A stretch of 64,000 nt of DNA from positions 124,001 through 188,000 of the IMG/VR virus record IMGVR_UViG_3300011906_000001; one strand, given 5' to 3'. This stretch comes from an uncultured virus (IMG/VR IMGVR_UViG_3300011906_000001). Taxonomy: Duplodnaviria > Heunggongvirae > Uroviricota > Caudoviricetes. The notes under the pieces were generated by a model, which made no database searches, was not told the DNA's origin, and was given only the letters and a program-made list of their open reading frames with translations. The translations under genes were made by a program, and so were the position numbers. Below, one piece after another: positions 19,257-29,306 of the stretch (positions are counted from its first letter, which is position 1; each line of letters opens with the position of its first letter).

Positions 19257-19298
19257 AAAGCATAAAGCCCCTCCCTAATGGGAGGGGCTTTATGCTTT
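19257..19298. terminator. Perfect hairpin between convergent genes (best example of the dispersed CCCTCCC family)
   Basis: AAAGCATAAAGCCCCTCCC-TAAT-GGGAGGGGCTTTATGCTTT followed by a T-tract. Confidence 0.85.
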
Positions 19299-19374
19299 CT
19301 TTTTTTCTTCACTTAGATAAAGTCTACGTTAGCGAACGGTGATCTAACAGCGTTGCTTCTAGCATAATTGCTCC

Positions 19375-19911
19375 TTACGCTAAAAGAATCTGAATGTCTT
19401 TCATACTGAACTTCCCGCGCGGGTATTCGATGTAACTGGCCGAACACACCTCAAGCCCCACTACTCGACGATTGGCGGGTACTTTAAACGAAAGTGGTTT
19501 ATTCACGTAATCAACAAGTTGTCTTTCTGGCGCAAGAACGTCAGATTCACCCTGAAGTAATCGTTGTCCACCCACACTACCCGTCCACGCATCATTCGTT
19601 CCGATATGGTAGTTAAGCCCATCATCGAGTTTAATACGAATGAGATTATATCCCATGGCACCAACAGGGGTGTCATAATAACTTGTGAACACGGCAGAGA
19701 CTGCTCTGACTCGGGTTAACAATGAGGATTCTATTTTAATGGGTTTAAACCCAATTTCTGGAAGCGACCCAGTGATATAGGGGTAGGCTTCAAGGCTTTG
19801 CCAACCTCCATCTGACTCTACAATCCATTTTGACGCATCTTCAACCAAGTCTGATGGGGACTTGAAGGTGAGGATGTTAGGGACTGCATCGAGTAATAAT
19901 GTCTCTAACAT
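19375..19911 (-). CDS. Putative virion protein (MLETLL paralog)
   Basis: MLETLL N-terminus; GTNDAW..GQ shared with the neighbour. Confidence 0.6.
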   Translation of the reverse strand: MLETLLLDAVPNILTFKSPSDLVEDASKWIVESDGGWQSLEAYPYITGSLPEIGFKPIKIESSLLTRVRAVSAVFTSYYDTPVGAMGYNLIRIKLDDGLNYHIGTNDAWTGSVGGQRLLQGESDVLAPERQLVDYVNKPLSFKVPANRRVVGLEVCSASYIEYPRGKFSMKDIQILLA

Positions 19912-19919
19912 AATGATCC

Positions 19920-20435
19920 TTACGCATAGACTAATTTGAAGTCTTTAATCCCTCGAACTGAGAAGGCATAATTAGTACCATTCTCATTATAACCGGCTGA
20001 ACTCAACGTGATGGATTGAACCTTTTTGTTATCAGGGACAACAAAACGCATCACTTCATTAATGACGTTTATGGTCACGCGTTCCTGCGTCCCCTCAAGC
20101 CCTCGATATATTGTTTGTCCCGCTGGTTCCCAGTCCCAGGCATCAGTCGTGCCTAAGATGTATGTACTGTCATCAGTTAGTGTAATTGTCAGATTACATT
20201 TACCGATACTTAACGCAGGGATATCGTAAAAACCTGTAAAGTTAGCTTCGATGGATTTAAGGTTTCCAAGAATAGAAGGCGGTAGCATTAAAGGTTGGGT
20301 AAACGACCATTCGTATCTATTTTTATACCACCCATATTGGGGGTCGTATTCCCACCCTGAAGTGTTCTCTAACAAGTCACTGATCTGATTGGTTTCAAAG
20401 ACCTTTAAAGATGAATGCAGTAAGGTTTCTAGCAT
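19920..20435 (-). CDS. Putative virion protein (MLETLL paralog)
   Basis: MLETLL N-terminus; GTTDAW..GQ. Confidence 0.6.
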   Translation of the reverse strand: MLETLLHSSLKVFETNQISDLLENTSGWEYDPQYGWYKNRYEWSFTQPLMLPPSILGNLKSIEANFTGFYDIPALSIGKCNLTITLTDDSTYILGTTDAWDWEPAGQTIYRGLEGTQERVTINVINEVMRFVVPDNKKVQSITLSSAGYNENGTNYAFSVRGIKDFKLVYA

Positions 20436-20445
20436 GGCGAACCCT

Positions 20446-21339
20446 TCATTTGATTGATCGATCCACCCAATGAGTGATGGCTAATACCAACTCACTGTAA
20501 CAGGTTCGTGTGGTTGTGAATTTACCCGAACTCCAGTAGTTAACGGCGGGGTCTATTCGTTTAGCTAAGGCGACCCACCGTTCAAGCGACAATGCACTAC
20601 CTGATGGAATCGTGGCGTTCTTTGAATGCGCTAATTGATAAAGTTTGGGATTAAAACAGGGCTTAACCGACAACTCAGCTTCTTTAAAGATAAGCTCTTT
20701 AATAGCTTCCGCTTCATTAAGCGTCTTCACCATGGAAGCTACCAAGGTTTTGACCTGGGTTTTATTCAACGCTTTTGTTTTAACCGATGGCGACAGTTCA
20801 CGAATTGGTCTTAAGTTGTTATGTCGTTTAGGCAAGGGTCTTGACTGAACAGGAAATGAACGCGGTGGATATTTGTAAAAGGCTTCGGCGACAGGGATCT
20901 TTTTAAGCAAGGCTTCAGCTTCTATCAGGGCTTCATCTGTCAAGCCTTTAGATAAGACCTTAATCACAGGCTGTAAGCTCTTGTAGTACGCCTTAAGCGA
21001 CGTTCTCCACTCAGTGTATACCTTGATATAGAATGCATTACATTGCGCTAGGATTGCATTAGGATCAACCCGAGATTGTCCCATGGTTAAATAGGGAAGC
21101 ACATCGGAGGCTTTAACAGATCCCATCACCCAGTTTTGTTTATTCAGCCATTGATCATTGCCGTATTGACGCATGATAGCCGTGACCAAGGCTTTGTTGT
21201 TATAGGTGTGTTTCTGTTCAACCGGTTTATAATCTTTGCCCTTATTACTCCCAACCCCAAAGAAATTTTTAACAGGATCAAAAAAGCCTTCTTGAGACAA
21301 CATCAACTGGCTAAGTGGGACGGGGGTTTCTTTATTCAT
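20446..21339 (-). CDS. Virion head protein (paralog family)
   Basis: SQEG motif, YGNDQWL, C-terminus WVDRSIK. Confidence 0.65.
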   Translation of the reverse strand: MNKETPVPLSQLMLSQEGFFDPVKNFFGVGSNKGKDYKPVEQKHTYNNKALVTAIMRQYGNDQWLNKQNWVMGSVKASDVLPYLTMGQSRVDPNAILAQCNAFYIKVYTEWRTSLKAYYKSLQPVIKVLSKGLTDEALIEAEALLKKIPVAEAFYKYPPRSFPVQSRPLPKRHNNLRPIRELSPSVKTKALNKTQVKTLVASMVKTLNEAEAIKELIFKEAELSVKPCFNPKLYQLAHSKNATIPSGSALSLERWVALAKRIDPAVNYWSSGKFTTTRTCYSELVLAITHWVDRSIK

Positions 21340-21381
21340 CTTTCTATTCTCAATTAACCAGTTGATGGATGGATTTACCTG

Positions 21382-22821
21382 TTATTTAATGCTGCGATCA
21401 ATCCAGCGTTCTAAGGCTGAAGCCAATTGATGGTCATCAATAAGATAACTAGGTGGGTAGGCCCAATCAGAATCAGGGCCTTGATAATAAAAGATCGTGT
21501 AATAGTCCATGTACACGTCATTGTCAGCATCGTAAATCCATTTATTGAATTTAGAACCATCTGAATGATCAAGCCATCTTAGCTTGTCCAAAATAGGGTG
21601 CTCTTCAACCAACGGATCTTTATAGCTGTAGCATTTCTTGATCAGCTGGGCGGCTTGTTTAATGCCTTCTTTATCCAATGCTGGAAGTGTATCAACACCT
21701 TTAGGCTCTTTCGCCACCACCACCTTCAGGATTTCCCAACCCGCTCGACCCTTCTCAACAACCAAGGTATGGTTACCGATGGTGGTTCCTGGGAACTTAG
21801 GTGCATCAATCGCCATATGAGAGAGCTTCTCAAACTCTTTGATAACGACTTTAACTTTATCAATGGCGGTTTGATCATCCAATGCGGCACCATTGGTTTC
21901 ATTGGCTAGTTGTTTGTCAAGACGACGAACTTCAGCCTCAACCTTCGCGACCATAGGAAGCCATCGATTTTCATATTGCTTAATCTTCTCAACCGAGGCT
22001 TTAATAGCTGCAAAAGGATCACTGACCTTACCGTCCATTTCGAAGGCTTTACTAAAATCAGACGCTTTAACATCACCTTCAACAAAGATCTGACCATTTA
22101 GCCAATGATCGTTCAGGTAGTATTTATCCAGGGCTTTATTAAGCTCATCAACCGCCGCTTTTCCCTCGGGCGTCCAGCGTGGGTTATCATTGACTTTAGC
22201 ACCGGGCTTACGATCCTGAGGCTTAACCCCATACTCATCTTTATTGGTGAGGGCTTTACGCACTTTATAGAAGAGCTCTTTAAAGCCTTCGTTAGAATAC
22301 GTCATCAACAGATGATCGCGGGGGTAATCCGTTCCTGCCTGCTGAGTCCTATCTAAAAAAGACTCCATGGACGCAATTTCAGCTTTTATGATCTTCTGGG
22401 TTCGATCTTCAGGGATGTCATTTTCATCTGCCATCTCACGGATGCGTCCAATGGCCTCTCCTACGTCTTTCTCTTCAACCCCAAGCCCTCGTGCCACTAT
22501 GGAATCGATCGGCGCACCATGGCGCTCTTCAAGCCGTTTGATCTTATCCTCAATGGGTCTTTGAGGAGGATGAGTGGTGGATCGACCGTTACTGGTCCAA
22601 TCAGAGAAGGCTGCATAAATATCGCTGAACTGAGGACCAGTGGCAGCTACGACCTCGTCTTCTTTAGAAATCTTATCGTGTTTCTTATAGCTCTTATCGT
22701 GCTTATCGGCTTCTACATATTCACACGCTGTTTCTTGATCGATCTTAACCTTATCGGCAAAGTCATCGCTGTGACACGCGGCTGCCATCAAGTTGTGTTG
22801 AGCTTTAGATTTAGAAGGCAT
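21382..22821 (-). CDS. Virion head protein (paralog family) with long N-terminal extension
   Basis: SKE, SME and SNEG motifs, YYLNDHWL, C-terminus WIDRSIK. Confidence 0.65.
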   Translation of the reverse strand: MPSKSKAQHNLMAAACHSDDFADKVKIDQETACEYVEADKHDKSYKKHDKISKEDEVVAATGPQFSDIYAAFSDWTSNGRSTTHPPQRPIEDKIKRLEERHGAPIDSIVARGLGVEEKDVGEAIGRIREMADENDIPEDRTQKIIKAEIASMESFLDRTQQAGTDYPRDHLLMTYSNEGFKELFYKVRKALTNKDEYGVKPQDRKPGAKVNDNPRWTPEGKAAVDELNKALDKYYLNDHWLNGQIFVEGDVKASDFSKAFEMDGKVSDPFAAIKASVEKIKQYENRWLPMVAKVEAEVRRLDKQLANETNGAALDDQTAIDKVKVVIKEFEKLSHMAIDAPKFPGTTIGNHTLVVEKGRAGWEILKVVVAKEPKGVDTLPALDKEGIKQAAQLIKKCYSYKDPLVEEHPILDKLRWLDHSDGSKFNKWIYDADNDVYMDYYTIFYYQGPDSDWAYPPSYLIDDHQLASALERWIDRSIK

Positions 22822-22928
22822 GATAATTCCTTAAATGGAGGCCTTATTGTGACACAGGATAAGACTGTGTAATAACCGAACATAATCCCTCCCTAATTGA
22901 GGGGAGGGATTTATGTTGTTTCAATGGA

Positions 22929-24308
22929 TTATTCCCAGAGATCGTTTTCCATCAAATAGTCACGAACTTCAATCAGATGACTCCAGCGTTTCTTACTGAA
23001 GTTTGTTTTAAGGTAGGTAACCTGAATGTCGAGGTACTTCATTACCCAATCTGTTTTGTCTTCATTTATCTCCCTTGCATATGCTTTTTCTTCATACGAG
23101 ACGAATAACCTAGGAACTTGCTTTTCAGTGTACTCAGCAAATCGTCTAAGGTCATCGCTTGTATTTCGTTTATCATTAAGTTCCAACCGTAACGCTGTAC
23201 GGATGGATGGAAGATCACCCATTGTGATAAAATCAAGCAGGTTCTCAGATATTCTTTCAGATTCTCCAGTGTGTTCATCAGCGTCATCAGTATCATTAAC
23301 GGTAGTAACGACATGCCGGATGACTGCCACATAACGAGAAAGGGTTTCAACCAAATATCGGTTGATGTTAGACAAGGGATTCATTGACGCATTAACAAAC
23401 TTAGACAACGCATCAGAATCACTTGATGATTCAGCAGTGGAGAACAATTGTTCAATGTCTTTACCGATTCGATCGTAAACACCCTTTTGATCCATCCGAC
23501 TGACCATGTCGTTATTGATTTTAATCAATCGATCAACTGCGTTGTTTAACGCCCCGACAAGCGTTGCTTCAACTGAGTCGGACACACCTTCCTGTTCTGT
23601 CTTTTCAAATTTAAGCTTAGGGTATTGCTGTCCGTCATCAAACGATAGCTTGAAATTGCCTGGATAGACGTCCTTACCAAGTTGACGAATAACCCCATCC
23701 ATGAAGGCCTTATATTCACTTGACAAAGAATCAAGGTCTTTATTCTTTTTAATCAGTTTATCCAGTTCTTCTGGGTATTGCTTCTGAATAAAATTCATCA
23801 AGGTGTAAAGGTTATTAAGCGGTTCGATGGCGTTGAGTTTCAGCGAATTCCCCGTTGCCAAATGATACAAACCGTTGACGTTGGTCTTAAGGGTTTTGGA
23901 TTGGGGGTTTAGTGCTTTAAGCTCTTTTTGAAGCGATTCAAGCTTCAGGCTATTTCGCTTAAGGTAATCTTTCAGATCGGCATAGAGCTTACCGATCAGA
24001 TCAAAAAGTTTCTTAATGAGCGCTTTGGCGATCTCTTTAGCTTTCTTACCGTACTCAACCACTTTCTCGGTACTGAACGCTTCCATCGATCCAATCAATA
24101 GAAGCCCTTCTTTTAAGACCAACTCATTAGTTTCTTCTTGATACAATTCAAGGGAGGCTGTGAATTGATTGAGTTTAACCAATTCTTGGGTGCAGCCATT
24201 TAGCTGATTGAATTTATGTTTCAGGTGAATTAAACGATCATCGTCCGAATTAAGAAAAGCTGATTTATTGAGAAAGGCAATCGTGGAAGAGGTTGCGGTC
24301 GACATCAT
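22929..24308 (-). CDS. Putative virion head protein with appended C-terminal domain
   Basis: SLE and SMEA motifs followed by an amphipathic helix; acidic linker before a distinct ~100-aa C-terminal domain. Confidence 0.6.
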   Translation of the reverse strand: MMSTATSSTIAFLNKSAFLNSDDDRLIHLKHKFNQLNGCTQELVKLNQFTASLELYQEETNELVLKEGLLLIGSMEAFSTEKVVEYGKKAKEIAKALIKKLFDLIGKLYADLKDYLKRNSLKLESLQKELKALNPQSKTLKTNVNGLYHLATGNSLKLNAIEPLNNLYTLMNFIQKQYPEELDKLIKKNKDLDSLSSEYKAFMDGVIRQLGKDVYPGNFKLSFDDGQQYPKLKFEKTEQEGVSDSVEATLVGALNNAVDRLIKINNDMVSRMDQKGVYDRIGKDIEQLFSTAESSSDSDALSKFVNASMNPLSNINRYLVETLSRYVAVIRHVVTTVNDTDDADEHTGESERISENLLDFITMGDLPSIRTALRLELNDKRNTSDDLRRFAEYTEKQVPRLFVSYEEKAYAREINEDKTDWVMKYLDIQVTYLKTNFSKKRWSHLIEVRDYLMENDLWE

Positions 24309-24452
24309 TATTCCTTTTTGAGCGATGTAGTTTTTTTGGTCATTTGGCTTACTCCGTTAGACACTTTAGACACCTAAAGGATTGAACGCCGTTTCAGTCA
24401 GTTTATAATGATGCCACATTCCCTCCCCAATTAAGGGGAGGGAGTTATACTT

Positions 24453-24686
24453 TCATTGAACGTCAATTTCTTCAACTATAGGGTCAATAGATTGGCGTAA
24501 CTGCTTTTCAGTTATCGCATCATGCCAGATTGAACACCCTTCACACTCTTCGCGTGTCAGGGCTAAAAACTCACCGGTTTCTGTACAGGTCATAAGCTTG
24601 ACGCCGTACTTTAACTGAAGTTGAATGAATTCCTCAGCAAAGATATTGATGCGTTTCTTTTCAGCCAATGAATAAGACATAGTCAA
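24453..24686 (-). CDS. Hypothetical protein
   Basis: ORF in the nrdJ operon. Confidence 0.55.
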   Translation of the reverse strand: MTMSYSLAEKKRINIFAEEFIQLQLKYGVKLMTCTETGEFLALTREECEGCSIWHDAITEKQLRQSIDPIVEEIDVQ

Positions 24687-24697
24687 CCTTATTTTAA

Positions 24698-25009
24698 TTA
24701 GTTTTCAGTTTTAGTCAAACATCCACGGCATAAACACGAATTTGCATCTACATCGCTTAATACATTGGTGTCTTTTTCAATACCCATACACCAACATAGG
24801 TTCGCACTCTTTCCGGCTTCCATCGCACAATACGCACCACCCCCACAATTCGGGCAATTATGGGTACTGACTTGCCCTTTGATTTGTTTCATCAGTTCCA
24901 TGCGATCGCCCATGGGTAGCTCCCTCCAACTTCTAATCTCAGGTAATGTTCGTAAACACCCCTGACATAAACCCTTTTCTAATTTACACAGTTTAACGCA
25001 AGGACTCAT
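24698..25009 (-). CDS. DUF1289-like + cysteine-rich CWC fusion (predicted metal/Fe-S binding)
   Basis: SPCVKLC..CQGCLRTLPEIRSW followed by CPNCG..C..CWCM..CLCRGCL. Confidence 0.8.
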   Translation of the reverse strand: MSPCVKLCKLEKGLCQGCLRTLPEIRSWRELPMGDRMELMKQIKGQVSTHNCPNCGGGAYCAMEAGKSANLCWCMGIEKDTNVLSDVDANSCLCRGCLTKTEN

Positions 25010-25239
25010 GAGATACTCAGTAAGCTACCGTCGGGATCAAAGACAAAGACTATACCCACATCGACTTTAGGATTTTCATGAGCCTCAATCACCAGTGCAT
25101 ATTGACCTTGATCACCGAAATCTTCAATCACTTTTCGTTCGATTATACCAAGGGCATCTAAGTACATGAGTGTGGTATCGTAAGCACTGGGTACACATGT
25201 GTCAACTCGTCTATTTAAACTCATACAGCCCCTTAACAA
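25006..25239 (-). CDS. Hypothetical protein
   Basis: ATGA overlap with the next gene; real start probably 25224. Confidence 0.55.
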   Translation of the reverse strand: MLRGCMSLNRRVDTCVPSAYDTTLMYLDALGIIERKVIEDFGDQGQYALVIEAHENPKVDVGIVFVFDPDGSLLSIS

Positions 25240-25283
25240 AAAAAGAAAAAAGAGCAGGGGATTTCCCCTGCTCTATCGATTAC

Positions 25284-27515
25284 TTAAAAGGTAATCTCAC
25301 ATACCCCTCCATTACAGGCGGCTGCGCCAAGGGTATCAACTTCAGTATAGTGTTGCTGACTCAATTCTTGACTGAAATCAACAGGTACTAACTTACGGGT
25401 GACTGATTCCCATTTGTGAAGGTTATGGACATCCTTCAAGCAGAAAGACATCTTTGCTTTATCGCCACCAAAATAGGTATTGGCAAATTTGTTAGCCCGG
25501 CGAACCCAATCGCGCATCAATAGGTGAGCTGAATCTTCATCATCAATCTCCAAGCCAAAACCAAGCACTGTATCACAAGCTGTCCAAAGATTACCATTAA
25601 ATGCATGGCATCCATCAACAACTAACCCTGATGCAAACATAGCGGCTTCACCATACAGCTCAAGGATCTGTTCAGCTGTATACACTTCAGTGAAAGGGGC
25701 CTGGGGGTAGGCTCGATCACCATGCGCTGGCAGTAGCGAAATCCCTGCAAAATGATCGCGGTTATCGAAGATGTATTGTTCAACCTCGTCCCAGTTATCC
25801 ACTGTGATGGTATTACTGACATTATGGCTTAGGTTCTTATCCACACACAATGCTTCGACCTTGCCTTCATTGATCCAAACCTGTTGAGCTTTCTTTACAT
25901 ACTCAAGCTGCTTAACCCCAAGCAGATCAGCTTTGAAGATACTGCTAGGATTGGCTACAATGGGGAAGGATACGACCACATCCGTCTTGTTCTGAGACCA
26001 CACTGATTTCTCAACCATTTTAGGATTGGTCTCAGTCAGAAGGCGGGTGACCTCATCATGGGTATTCATCTGAACGTTACGGAAATAACGAGGAGCATGA
26101 TCGCCATGAATACCCGATGCACAACCCAGAAGAACCGATGCATTCCCACTGGGTTTAACCGTGGTGGTACGTGCAGCTTGATTAATACCAATCAATGCCG
26201 CAATAACCTTATTGGTTTCAACAACCAAATGAGCTGCATCGCGCATGTTGTCTTCATCAAACAATACATCGGGATTAGACATCCAACCAGTGATCGATAC
26301 ACCTAACAACGCTTCACGTTCAGTAATCTGTCGAGTGTTCTCATCTAAGAAGGTAAAATTGGTGTAACCCGCTTGGAGGGTTCCCAAAACAGCCGAGGCT
26401 TTAACTGCATATAACAGATCTTTCCGGCTCTTGCAGTAAGCACCGGACGTCTCGGTTAGGTTACAGAATTGAAAGCCTGATTGTCCATCCACCGTATAAC
26501 CACGCAATCCAATTTCAACACACGGGTTAAATCCAGCTTCAGTATCCGATGCAAAGATGAAACCTGGCTCACCGAAATCTTTAACACTCTTCATGATGTT
26601 CGTCCACTCTTCGCGAGTGAGGTCATCACGAACCAAAAGGGCCGAATTATTGGAACGACCGCGCTGAGGGTTGTTTACAAACCAATCTCCCGTTTTGGCC
26701 TTGAGCATGGCTTGATCGTTTTTGCTGAAAATACAAATACATGCGGCACGACGAATCCCACCGGATAGAACTGCATCGGCCATATGCATAACGAAATCGT
26801 AAGCATCAATCGACTGCATTTTAACCGGTTGATCACTTTGACCGACCACTTTATCCAACAGACGGCGACACATGTCCAAGGAACGGGTTAGGCCATCTGA
26901 ACCTGGCGCTTTAAAGCCACCTGAGATAAATGCACCCCGTGGACGGATTTGAGAAGCATCAAAGTGAACTGTTTTGCCTGAATATTCGGGGAAGGTTGCA
27001 TCTTCTGTAAAGTAAGATGAAACCAATACCCCAAAGGCCATTGCCCAACCTTCGATTGAATCTGGAATGACGAAGGATTTAATATCGTCAGCATCAGGCT
27101 TCTTAAGAGAAGGTAATTTTTCGATATGATGGGTTTGAACTGAGAATCCAACGCCACATCCTGCCAGAAGAAGATACATGGCATGCTGGAAGAATACTGG
27201 ACGATCAAGATAGGAGAACGAACAGTTGTACATGCGCGCTTCATGTTTGAAGATCTGCTCACCACCAAATTGGAGAGCACGCTGAGCGCCTAAGGTTGCC
27301 TTTTTCTTATAGGCTTCTTCTGCAAAGTCAATATATGCTGAAAGCTCAGGGGTCATGACATGGGCATACTTTTGCCGATGCATGTTCATCACCCGCTCAA
27401 CGGACTCGTCCCAGCTCTCATAGCGTTGTTTTTCTTCATCCCACCTGGAATAACCCATGTAAAACTTTGAATCCGATAGCATGGATTTAGCAGCTGTGTG
27501 GGCGCTTATAGACAT
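25284..27515 (-). CDS. nrdJ: Class II (adenosylcobalamin-dependent, monomeric RTPR-type) ribonucleotide reductase
   Basis: MYNC, FNPCVEI, FCNLTE, TVKPSG, SLLP..YPQAP and C-terminal CNGGVCE. No class I YY pair; no nrdB in the window. Confidence 0.85.
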   Translation of the reverse strand: MSISAHTAAKSMLSDSKFYMGYSRWDEEKQRYESWDESVERVMNMHRQKYAHVMTPELSAYIDFAEEAYKKKATLGAQRALQFGGEQIFKHEARMYNCSFSYLDRPVFFQHAMYLLLAGCGVGFSVQTHHIEKLPSLKKPDADDIKSFVIPDSIEGWAMAFGVLVSSYFTEDATFPEYSGKTVHFDASQIRPRGAFISGGFKAPGSDGLTRSLDMCRRLLDKVVGQSDQPVKMQSIDAYDFVMHMADAVLSGGIRRAACICIFSKNDQAMLKAKTGDWFVNNPQRGRSNNSALLVRDDLTREEWTNIMKSVKDFGEPGFIFASDTEAGFNPCVEIGLRGYTVDGQSGFQFCNLTETSGAYCKSRKDLLYAVKASAVLGTLQAGYTNFTFLDENTRQITEREALLGVSITGWMSNPDVLFDEDNMRDAAHLVVETNKVIAALIGINQAARTTTVKPSGNASVLLGCASGIHGDHAPRYFRNVQMNTHDEVTRLLTETNPKMVEKSVWSQNKTDVVVSFPIVANPSSIFKADLLGVKQLEYVKKAQQVWINEGKVEALCVDKNLSHNVSNTITVDNWDEVEQYIFDNRDHFAGISLLPAHGDRAYPQAPFTEVYTAEQILELYGEAAMFASGLVVDGCHAFNGNLWTACDTVLGFGLEIDDEDSAHLLMRDWVRRANKFANTYFGGDKAKMSFCLKDVHNLHKWESVTRKLVPVDFSQELSQQHYTEVDTLGAAACNGGVCEITF

Positions 27516-27608
27516 TGATAACTCCTAACATGACTGTGTTATGATCGATAAAGATCGTATTGACTAGAAACCTTTAAAATTGGATTTCCCTTCCCCTTAC
27601 CTATAGCA

Positions 27609-28112
27609 TTATCCCATGCTGATAATTTTAGAAATACAGTCAATAGACAGTTTTTGATCGATGTAAAGTTCATTTAAAGAACGTTCAAAAGACGGCTTTT
27701 GAAGCAACGAAACGCTGACATTAACTTCGATCACCACAGGCTCTGAGAGCTCTCCTGAGAGCGTTTGAGCCACAACCCTAGCCTGTCTATAGGGAATACC
27801 CGTAAAGCGCGTACAGCGTCTTATAAGACGTTCTAAATATTCTCTTTTATGAATCCCTTCACGCTTATAGGTTTCATGATAGGTAATGGCGTCTTTAAAT
27901 GAGGTATAGAACCAAACCCTGCCTTGGCATTCAGGAATATCGGGAGGGACTTCATGAGCTAAGATCTCATGAGGGACATTAAAATAATCCCTCACTTTAA
28001 GGCACAGCTGTTCGTAATCGGTTAAATCAAACCCTAAGGCGCTTTCTAATATCAAATCGGCATTGATTCGATTGGTTAAGTGATACAACGTCACGACAGG
28101 TTCAGGTTTCAT
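27609..28112 (-). CDS. Hypothetical protein, ADP-ribosyltransferase-like fold
   Basis: LYHLT..ILE...VWFYTS...VVIEVNV...NELYI. Confidence 0.5.
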   Translation of the reverse strand: MKPEPVVTLYHLTNRINADLILESALGFDLTDYEQLCLKVRDYFNVPHEILAHEVPPDIPECQGRVWFYTSFKDAITYHETYKREGIHKREYLERLIRRCTRFTGIPYRQARVVAQTLSGELSEPVVIEVNVSVSLLQKPSFERSLNELYIDQKLSIDCISKIISMG

Positions 28113-28202
28113 GGCAGCCTTCCTATCTCTTACAAGTATAGGATTTGAATCGAACAGCGTAACCCTATAGACAACCCCTTTGTAACCCTTAGGAATGCAG
28201 TC

Positions 28203-28718
28203 ATGACTCCATTAAGTATAATTGTAGCACGCAGTAAGAACAACGTTATTGGGTTTAACAACACCATCCCGTGGTCTATTCCTGAGGACATGCGGTTCTT
28301 CAAAGAAACCACCATGAGTTATCCGGTTATCATGGGGCGCAACACCTGGCTAAGTTTTAACGGTAAACCCCTGCCAGGGCGGATGAACATTGTCATCAGT
28401 CAAACCCCTGTTAACCACCCTCAAGTCTACACCTTTAAATCACTGCGTGAAGCCCATGAGTTTGTTACCTTGGGTCGATTTGAGACCGCCTTTGTCATTG
28501 GTGGACAAAGGCTTTATGATGAAGCCATGGCAACGGCTATTGAGCTTTTTCTAACACAATTTGATTTTGAGATTCCAGGTGATACCTTCTTTGATTATCC
28601 CTCACTTGATGATCCTAGAAGCTGGCATAAAGCTGGCAGTAAAACCGTTACCTCTATTTCTAAAAGTCACCCCAACACCAACGTTGTCTTTGAGCGATAT
28701 GTAAGAGTTGGGATTTAA
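28203..28718 (+). CDS. folA: Dihydrofolate reductase
   Basis: IVARSKNNVIG..IPWSIPEDMRFFK, VIMGRNTW, PLPGRMNIV, VIGG and GDTFF. Confidence 0.97.
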   Translation: MTPLSIIVARSKNNVIGFNNTIPWSIPEDMRFFKETTMSYPVIMGRNTWLSFNGKPLPGRMNIVISQTPVNHPQVYTFKSLREAHEFVTLGRFETAFVIGGQRLYDEAMATAIELFLTQFDFEIPGDTFFDYPSLDDPRSWHKAGSKTVTSISKSHPNTNVVFERYVRVGI

Positions 28719-28742
28719 AGCAGGACGCTATTGGAGTACATC

Positions 28743-29267
28743 ATGAGTTCCTTTACGCGCTTTAGTGCAAATCAACAAATTCAGTATGACCCCTATGCCA
28801 GTCGTGTGCTAGGTAAAGATTATTGGCTGATCTGTAACACGTACCGGTATTACGTGGGCAGTTTAACCTCGGGTTGTTATGTCGAAGTCCCTAAAGGGTT
28901 TTTAACCGATGGGGCGTCAGTGCCATGGCTCTTTAAGAATATTCTCCCCGCCTGGGGAGAATATGGACAAGCGGCAGGCTTGCATGACTTTCTCTGTGAG
29001 AATCCCTACTACATCGTAGAGGCCACAGGTAAGAAAGTCTTGCTAACCCGTAAGGAGATCGATGAGATCTTCTATGAGGCCATGCAAGTGGTCGAGGTTG
29101 AACGCTGGAAGTATCTGTTGATGCATGGTGGGGTTGATCTTTATCGCTTCGTCAAAAGGCCTCCTGTGCCCAGTATCAAAAGTAATAAGAAAACCCTTCA
29201 ACATCAATATTTTGATGAAATTGCTCGAACCGGTGATTTAGGCACTTGGCAAGGGTTTCAACATTAA
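28743..29267 (+). CDS. DUF1353 family protein
   Basis: VPKGFLTDGASVP...YGQAAGLHDFLC...TRKEIDEIFYEAM. Confidence 0.85.
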   Translation: MSSFTRFSANQQIQYDPYASRVLGKDYWLICNTYRYYVGSLTSGCYVEVPKGFLTDGASVPWLFKNILPAWGEYGQAAGLHDFLCENPYYIVEATGKKVLLTRKEIDEIFYEAMQVVEVERWKYLLMHGGVDLYRFVKRPPVPSIKSNKKTLQHQYFDEIARTGDLGTWQGFQH

Positions 29268-29306
29268 CGACATAAATCCCCTCCCGTTATGGGAGGGGAC
29301 TATGTC

